From NCBI GenBank assembly GCA_045643445.1, contig JAZUKT010000303.1, positions 1 to 43,461 on the forward strand: a stretch of DNA of 43,461 nt, read 5' to 3'. How positions within the stretch are numbered: the first letter of the stretch is position 1; each line of letters begins with the position of its first letter. Below the pieces are notes generated by a model. That model was not told the origin of the DNA and did not search any database. It worked only from the letters and a program-made list of their open reading frames with translations. Position numbers and translations under genes: made by a program. Below are positions 38,456-43,461 of this stretch, piece after piece. This DNA is from Eubacteriales bacterium. GTDB lineage: Bacteria; Bacillota; Clostridia; Oscillospirales; CAG-272.

Positions 38456-38998
38456 ATGAAAGCTACCGGTATTGTCAGACGCATTGATGATCTCGGCCGC
38501 GTCGTCATCCCGAAGGAAATCCGCCGCACCATGCGGATCCGCGAGGGCGACCCGCTTGAGATTTTCACAGACCGCGAAGGTGAGGTCATTTTCAAGAAAT
38601 ATTCTCCCATCGGCGAACTCGCGCAATTTGCGGCGCAGTATGCCGAAACCTTATGCAAGACCTGCGGCCTCTCCGTCGTGATCTGCGACCGTGACGCCGT
38701 GATCGCCTGCGCGGGCGTTCCGAAGCGCGAATACACCGACCGCAAGCTCACCGCCGAAGCGGAAGCGCTCGTCGAAAACAGACAGCTCTATATCGCATCG
38801 GGCGACGAGGGCGTCAGCATTGTGGACGGCGGTCTCCCGATCGGTTGTCTGATGCCGATCATCACCGAGGGCGACATCACGGGCTGTGTCGCATCCCTGC
38901 GCGGCGGCGAATCCGACAAGGCTCCCGTGGCCGCGGATCTCGAAGCCAAGCTCATTCAGACGGCTGCCGGTTTTCTCGGCCGCCAGCTCGAAGCATGA
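38456..38998 (+). CDS. spoVT: Stage V sporulation protein T (AbrB-family regulator with GAF domain)
   Basis: MKATGIVRRIDDLGRVVIPKEIRRTMRIREGDPLEIFTDREGEVIFKKYSP is near-identical in pattern to SpoVT. RBS AAAGGAG. Confidence 0.9.
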   Translation: MKATGIVRRIDDLGRVVIPKEIRRTMRIREGDPLEIFTDREGEVIFKKYSPIGELAQFAAQYAETLCKTCGLSVVICDRDAVIACAGVPKREYTDRKLTAEAEALVENRQLYIASGDEGVSIVDGGLPIGCLMPIITEGDITGCVASLRGGESDKAPVAADLEAKLIQTAAGFLGRQLEA

Positions 38999-39042
38999 AA
39001 AACTGCCGGATCTCCGTTTTTTCGGATTTCCGGCAGTTTTTT
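38998..39042. terminator. Bidirectional terminator between spoVT and the MazG-like gene
   Basis: ACTGCCGGATCTCCG-TTTTTT-CGGATTTCCGGCAGT followed by TTTTTT, with an A-run upstream. Confidence 0.7.
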
Positions 39043-39051
39043 GATTTCGAT

Positions 39052-39453
39052 TTATTCCAATGAGTCGGCTTCCGCGGCCTGACGTTCGATCTCGGCCTCC
39101 AGCTTCGGATGCGGATCCTCCCATGTGGTCGGCTTGATCGTCTTGCCCATTTCGTTATAATGCGGCTTGCCGTCCGGCCAGAGTTTCGCCATATTCGCGT
39201 CCTGCACGATCTCGAAAAGCGGATCGGGTTTGATCCCCATCTCAACGAGCGTGCCGAGCGCGAAATACATGACGTCGATCATGGCATCCGCCTGCTCCGT
39301 AATGTCCTCTGCTTCGAGAAATTCGTTGATCTCCTCAAGCATCCACGCATACCGCTTCTTCGCGCGCTCCGGCTCCATCATCGTCGGCCGCTCCGCGATC
39401 GGATGCCCGAATTTTTCCTGAAAGTCCCGTACCATCTGCCATTCTCTGTTCAT
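39052..39453 (-). CDS. All-alpha NTP pyrophosphohydrolase (MazG-like) family protein
   Basis: 133 aa. ...FQEKFGHP...RAKKRYAWMLEEINEFLEAEDITEQADAMIDVMYFALGTL...VQDANMAKL shows the EExxE...D metal-binding helix pattern of MazG-like small NTP-PPases. Confidence 0.6.
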   Translation of the reverse strand: MNREWQMVRDFQEKFGHPIAERPTMMEPERAKKRYAWMLEEINEFLEAEDITEQADAMIDVMYFALGTLVEMGIKPDPLFEIVQDANMAKLWPDGKPHYNEMGKTIKPTTWEDPHPKLEAEIERQAAEADSLE

Positions 39454-39559
39454 GCCGCACCTCGCGTTTTTTCTTTATTCTACCACAGATTCCGTCATCC
39501 TGCAACAGCAAAATAAAAAACAGCGCCGCATCCCGTCGGACACAGCGCCGTTTTGTCAC

Positions 39560-40015
39560 TTATTTCTGGAGAGAATCGCGGATTTCACGGAGCAGAAGGA
39601 TCTCTTCGCTCGGTTCGGCCGGTGCGGCTTCTGCTTCTGCAGCTGCTGCGGCTTCTTCCGCCTTCTTCTTCGCTTCCATCGCATCCTTCACCTTATTGAT
39701 GCTGCGGATGATGATGAACACGCACAGCGCAACGATGATGAAGTTGATGATCGCCTGGATGAACGCGCCGTACAGGACTGCGACTTCAGCGGTGTCTTCC
39801 GTTGCTTCGGTCAGAACAATCTTCAGCTCATCGAGCTTCACACCGCCGATCAGTTTGCCGATAAGCGGATTGATGATGCCGGATACGAGCTGGTTCACGA
39901 TCGCCGTGAAGGCGGAACCGACCACAACGCCGACTGCCATATCCATGACGTTGCCGCGTGCGATGAAGGTCTTGAACTCCGACCAGAAGGAGCTCTTTTT
40001 CTTTTCTTTTGCCAT
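39560..40015 (-). CDS. mscL: Large-conductance mechanosensitive channel
   Basis: FKTFIARGNVMDMAVGVVVGSAFTAIVNQLVSGIINPLIG is the MscL TM1 signature. Start set at ATG 40015, which has GGAGGA 5 nt upstream. Confidence 0.9.
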   Translation of the reverse strand: MAKEKKKSSFWSEFKTFIARGNVMDMAVGVVVGSAFTAIVNQLVSGIINPLIGKLIGGVKLDELKIVLTEATEDTAEVAVLYGAFIQAIINFIIVALCVFIIIRSINKVKDAMEAKKKAEEAAAAAEAEAAPAEPSEEILLLREIRDSLQK

Positions 40016-40041
40016 GTTGTCCTCCAAAATATATGTATTTT

Positions 40042-40251
40042 TCAGGATTGCCCGTTTTCGTCCGTCGGGAGCGGGATCTTCGATATATCAAGCGTACCGT
40101 GGATACGCTCGTGATACTGCACGTTCGTGCGGATCAGATGAAGCAGATGATTATTGAGATCTCTGCCCTCCGCCGACGCCGCCGCGATCATCTTCCGGTA
40201 CAGTTCCTCGTCGATGCGCACGCTGAAGCTGATTTTGTTTTTCTGCGGCAT
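40042..40251 (-). CDS. Ribbon-helix-helix (Arc/CopG-like) DNA-binding protein
   Basis: MPQKNKISFSVRIDEELYRKMIAAASAEGRDLNNHLLHLIR has the beta-strand plus two-helix RHH pattern. It lies 15 nt upstream of mscL. The start could also be ATG 40257. Confidence 0.6.
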   Translation of the reverse strand: MPQKNKISFSVRIDEELYRKMIAAASAEGRDLNNHLLHLIRTNVQYHERIHGTLDISKIPLPTDENGQS

Positions 40252-40280
40252 GGTCATTCCCCCTCTCTCGTTCTTCGTTG

Positions 40281-40310
40281 ATTATATCATATTTCCGTCT
40301 GAAAAGTCAA
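40281..40310 (-). promoter_or_regulatory. Putative sigma-A promoter of the RHH-mscL pair
   Basis: Minus strand: TTGACT (40310..40305), 18 nt, TATAAT (40286..40281). Confidence 0.55.
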
Positions 40311-40382
40311 CCGGCTATGTAAAACTCCCCGGTTTTTTCCGCAATTTTATCGTGCTCTCGGCTTTCTGGCGCGAATTCCCGG

Positions 40383-40411
40383 TTGACAAACGTCATGGGG
40401 GATTATATAAT
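40383..40411 (+). promoter_or_regulatory. Sigma-A promoter upstream of a small ORF and tilS
   Basis: TTGACA (40383..40388), 17 nt, TATAAT (40406..40411). Confidence 0.65.
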
Positions 40412-40445
40412 ATTTGTATATATCCCGCATTTCCCGGAGAATCCG

Positions 40446-40694
40446 ATGTCCGAATCCCGCTTTTTTCCCTTTTTCCGCCGCGTGACCCGGTTGGCGCTGT
40501 CGCCGCTCGCCGCCTGCTCCCTTTTCATGATGCGGGCCGCCGTCCGCTGCCGTCTGTCGCCCTCCCTCGCGCTCTCGCTCTATCCGCTTTTTCCGCGGAT
40601 GTTTGAATACATACTCTCAGCTTTGATCTTTTATCTCGTTTTTTCCGTCGCCGTCACGAAAATTCAGCGCGACGCACTGCATGACGGCGAATGA
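40446..40694 (+). CDS. Possible 82-aa membrane protein (hypothetical)
   Basis: ATG 40446 lies 5 nt after GGAGA. The product MSESRFFPFFRRVTRLALSPLAACSLFMM...YILSALIFYLVFSVAVTK has two hydrophobic stretches. This region may instead be a non-coding 5' leader of tilS. Confidence 0.35.
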   Translation: MSESRFFPFFRRVTRLALSPLAACSLFMMRAAVRCRLSPSLALSLYPLFPRMFEYILSALIFYLVFSVAVTKIQRDALHDGE

Positions 40695-40721
40695 ATTCGT
40701 ATAAAATAAACGGAGAATGAT

Positions 40722-42116
40722 ATGCAGCATTTGAATTTCGCACAAACGGTTGCCCGCTGCGGTATGGACGATCTGCTCCGCCGCCACGGGGCTGTTCTTG
40801 CCGCGTATTCCGGCGGTGCGGATTCGACCTGTCTTCTGTATCTCCTGAAGGATTTATGCGCCGATCTCGGCGTGACGCTCTACGCCGCCCACGTGAATCA
40901 CAAGATCCGCGGAGAAGACGCAGACGCCGACGAGCAATTCTGCCGCAAAACGTGCGCCTCGCTCGGCATCCCGCTTTTCGTCTATCGGGCGGACGTGCCG
41001 GCTCTCTCACGCGAAAGAGGCACCGGCCTTGAGGAAACGGCGCGCGACGTACGGTACGCCTACTTTGACCGGCTCTCGGCTGATCTCGGCTGTCCGCTGA
41101 TCGCAACGGCTCATCAGGCGGACGACAATCTCGAAACGGTGCTCTTTCATCTGCTGCGCGGCTCCGGGCTTTCCGGCCTCTGCGGCATTGACCCCGTGCG
41201 AGACGGACGGTTCCTGCGCCCGCTGATCGCCGACCGTGCCGCCGCCATCCGCGCGTGGTGTGACGAAAACATCATTTCCTACGTGACCGATGCGACGAAC
41301 GCCGTACCTGACTGCTCGCGCAATCAGATCCGCCTTCGTCTGACGCCGCTGCTCGACGAGCTCGTGCCCGATCCTGCCGCCGCCGTCACCCGCATGACGG
41401 AGTTATTGCGGACAGACGCAGCTTATTTCGACGACGCGGTGCGTGATTTACTCGAACCGGGTACCGATCACGTTGAACGCGCTGTATTGGAGCCGCTGCA
41501 TCCGGCGATCGCTTCCCGCGTGCTCCGTCAGTTATACGCGAACGTCACGGTCGGACATCCGACGCTTGCCTCGGGCCACGTTGACGCGATGCTGCGTCTT
41601 CTGCGGGAAAATCCGTCGGACGGCACGGCTGCGCTCCCGGGCGGCATCCTCTACCGTCAGGATCGCAAAACCGTTCGGATGATCCCCGCCCATGCGGAAG
41701 ACGGATCCGGCGACGTCCCGGTCTGGTCGGACGACGGCCTTATCTGGCAATCCGGGAACAGAATGCTCGTTTTTTCACACAATGAACGCATTCGTCACCC
41801 GGACAACGACAAGAATGGTGAAAATATTTACAAATTATCTATATCCGCGTCTTTCTGTTCTGCTAAAATAAAGGGTAAGCTTTTCGTCCGATCCCGTCTG
41901 CCCGGCGACCGATACCGATTCGGCGGCATGACACGGCGGCTCAAAAAGCTCCTGACCGACCGGAAACTCTCGGAAGCCGAAAAAGACGCGCTCCCCGTTC
42001 TGTGCGACGATGAAGGGATCCTCTGGATTCCCGGATTCCCGCCGCGTGACGGTACCGCTTATCAAGGCGACGGCGCCGCGCTTTCCGTCTGTTACCGTGT
42101 CACGGACGACAACTGA
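40722..42116 (+). CDS. tilS: tRNA(Ile)-lysidine synthetase
   Basis: PP-loop AAYSGGADS, plus conserved tilS-hpt-ftsH synteny. Confidence 0.9.
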   Translation: MQHLNFAQTVARCGMDDLLRRHGAVLAAYSGGADSTCLLYLLKDLCADLGVTLYAAHVNHKIRGEDADADEQFCRKTCASLGIPLFVYRADVPALSRERGTGLEETARDVRYAYFDRLSADLGCPLIATAHQADDNLETVLFHLLRGSGLSGLCGIDPVRDGRFLRPLIADRAAAIRAWCDENIISYVTDATNAVPDCSRNQIRLRLTPLLDELVPDPAAAVTRMTELLRTDAAYFDDAVRDLLEPGTDHVERAVLEPLHPAIASRVLRQLYANVTVGHPTLASGHVDAMLRLLRENPSDGTAALPGGILYRQDRKTVRMIPAHAEDGSGDVPVWSDDGLIWQSGNRMLVFSHNERIRHPDNDKNGENIYKLSISASFCSAKIKGKLFVRSRLPGDRYRFGGMTRRLKKLLTDRKLSEAEKDALPVLCDDEGILWIPGFPPRDGTAYQGDGAALSVCYRVTDDN

Positions 42117-42153
42117 TTGTATCTGACTTTACATATCTGAGGGGGTTATCATC

Positions 42154-42717
42154 ATGGCATATTCTTCCGTGCTTGACGCAGACATTGATCACATCATGAT
42201 CTCGCAGGCTGACATCGATAAAGTGACCGACCGCATCGCGGCAGAGGTTTCCGCGGATTACAAGGGGAAACGGCTCCTGCTGCTCTGCATCCTGAAAGGC
42301 AGCGTCGTTTTCATGGGCGATCTCATGAAAAAAATCACGATTCCCGTCGATATTGATTTCATGAAGGTCTCCTCCTACGCAGGCGGCACCGAAACGACCG
42401 GGCGCATCAAGATCCTGCTCGATCTGCATCGGAACGATCTGTCCGAATGCGACGTGCTGATCGTCGAAGACATCATCGACAGCGGCCGCACGCTTTCCTA
42501 TCTCGTGGAATACCTGAAACTCGGCGGCGTTCACTCCGTCAAGACCTGCACGCTTCTCGACAAGCCGAGCAGACGCGAAGTCGATTTCACCCCCGATTAC
42601 AGCGGCTACCAGATCCCGGACGAATTCGTGGTCGGCTACGGCCTTGACTATAAGGAACAGTACCGCGCGCTGCCGTATATCGGCGTGCTGAAGCCGGAGA
42701 TCTATCAGGCTCCCTGA
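42154..42717 (+). CDS. hpt: Hypoxanthine phosphoribosyltransferase
   Basis: PRPP-binding VLIVEDIIDSGRTL and C-terminal FVVGYGLDY. Confidence 0.9.
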   Translation: MAYSSVLDADIDHIMISQADIDKVTDRIAAEVSADYKGKRLLLLCILKGSVVFMGDLMKKITIPVDIDFMKVSSYAGGTETTGRIKILLDLHRNDLSECDVLIVEDIIDSGRTLSYLVEYLKLGGVHSVKTCTLLDKPSRREVDFTPDYSGYQIPDEFVVGYGLDYKEQYRALPYIGVLKPEIYQAP

Positions 42718-42750
42718 ATGCCGGCAGACCTATCTATGAGGAGTTAACGT

Positions 42751-43461
42751 ATGAAGAAACCTATAAAAATCGCAGGATTCTACATCCTTCTGATCGCCGT
42801 GATCCTCGTCGCTACGGCCTTCCTGTGGGATTCCATTCCGCAGGATAAGCCCGTATACAGCGACATCATCACGATGTTCCAGAGCGAGCAGGTCAAGGAA
42901 TTCACGGTCGACGAGAACAACACGCTCTCCATGACCGTGCGCGTCACGCTCGACGACGGAACCGAAGGCGAAAAATACGTCACCTACAAACTGCGTGACC
43001 TCGGCCTCTTTGTGAACGATCTCGGCGAACTGATCGACGAACAGCACGCGGCCGGCGTCATCACGAATTACGACTATCCCGCGCCGCATACGCTTCCGAT
43101 ATGGGTAGCGCTGCTTCCCTATATCATCCTGATCGTCGTTCTGATCGGCGCGTTCATTTTCTTCATCAATCAGGTGCCAGGCGGAAAAGGCTCGAAGATC
43201 GGCTCCGTCGGCCGCGCCAAAGCCAAGCTCGTAACGGCTGACAAGGCGAAGGTATTCTTCAAGGACGTGGCCGGTGCGGATGAAGAAAAAGCGGAACTCG
43301 AAGAAGTTGTCGAATTTCTGCGTAATCCCGCATATTTCACGAAGCTCGGCGCGAAGATTCCACACGGCGTGCTGCTCGTAGGCCCTCCCGGAACCGGTAA
43401 AACGCTCATTGCCAAGGCCGTGGCCGGTGAAGCGGGCGTTCCCTTCTACTCGATCTCCGGC
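42751..43461 (+). CDS. ftsH: ATP-dependent zinc metalloprotease FtsH, N-terminal part; continues beyond the right edge
   Basis: ATG 42751 follows GAGGAG. The product has [20 protein letters not shown] (TM1), a second TM, then [68 protein letters not shown] (Walker A). It is absent from the track because it is open-ended. Confidence 0.9.
   Translation, partial: MKKPIKIAGFYILLIAVILVATAFLWDSIPQDKPVYSDIITMFQSEQVKEFTVDENNTLSMTVRVTLDDGTEGEKYVTYKLRDLGLFVNDLGELIDEQHAAGVITNYDYPAPHTLPIWVALLPYIILIVVLIGAFIFFINQVPGGKGSKIGSVGRAKAKLVTADKAKVFFKDVAGADEEKAELEEVVEFLRNPAYFTKLGAKIPHGVLLVGPPGTGKTLIAKAVAGEAGVPFYSISG

Noticed and set aside
39500-39560. Direct repeat ACAGCGCCG ... ACAGCGCCG downstream of mscL, first taken for a terminator
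   Set aside because: The two copies are direct, not inverted. I could not draw a stable hairpin, and the flanking A/T runs alone do not justify a terminator call.

Overview
This is a GC-rich chromosomal segment from a spore-forming Firmicute (Clostridia-like): sigK, spoVT and an SLH-domain wall protein are present, and intergenic regions carry AT-rich sigma-A promoters. I found no rRNA, tRNA, CRISPR array, transposase, integrase or recognisable defence genes. Most long arginine-rich ORFs in the six-frame track are antisense shadows of real genes.

Gene content from left to right:
- Minus-strand housekeeping block: infC (AUU start, L20-type leader) - rpmI - rplT - trmH-like - dprA - topA (topA runs off the left edge).
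- Intact pro-sigK, a DUF378 membrane protein, cysK, a DUF4430 lipoprotein, ilvE and an SLH/Ig-like wall protein.
- A 54-aa protein that is 72 % Asn+Gln, encoded on a hexanucleotide repeat.
- A CUT1-type sugar ABC operon (ATPase, two permeases, an oversized binding protein), followed by an orphan lipoprotein.
- A LysR regulator divergent from a small lipoprotein, then an oxidoreductase-thioredoxin-aldo/keto reductase operon.
- A PTS(EIIBCA)/GH1 beta-glucoside operon.
- A glycoside-hydrolase island holding GH27-like, GH29, GH3, GH172/DUF2961 and GH2 genes. It also holds a T-box-controlled sodium:solute symporter and a 766-aa protein I cannot assign to any family.
- spoVT, a MazG-like NTP pyrophosphohydrolase, an RHH gene with mscL, and tilS-hpt-ftsH (ftsH runs off the right edge).

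The most interesting items are the unassignable 766-aa protein paired with GH172, the N/Q microprotein, the T-box symporter and the doubly anchored binding protein. None of these is demonstrably a new system from sequence alone. All family calls come from motif recognition by eye, not from database searches.
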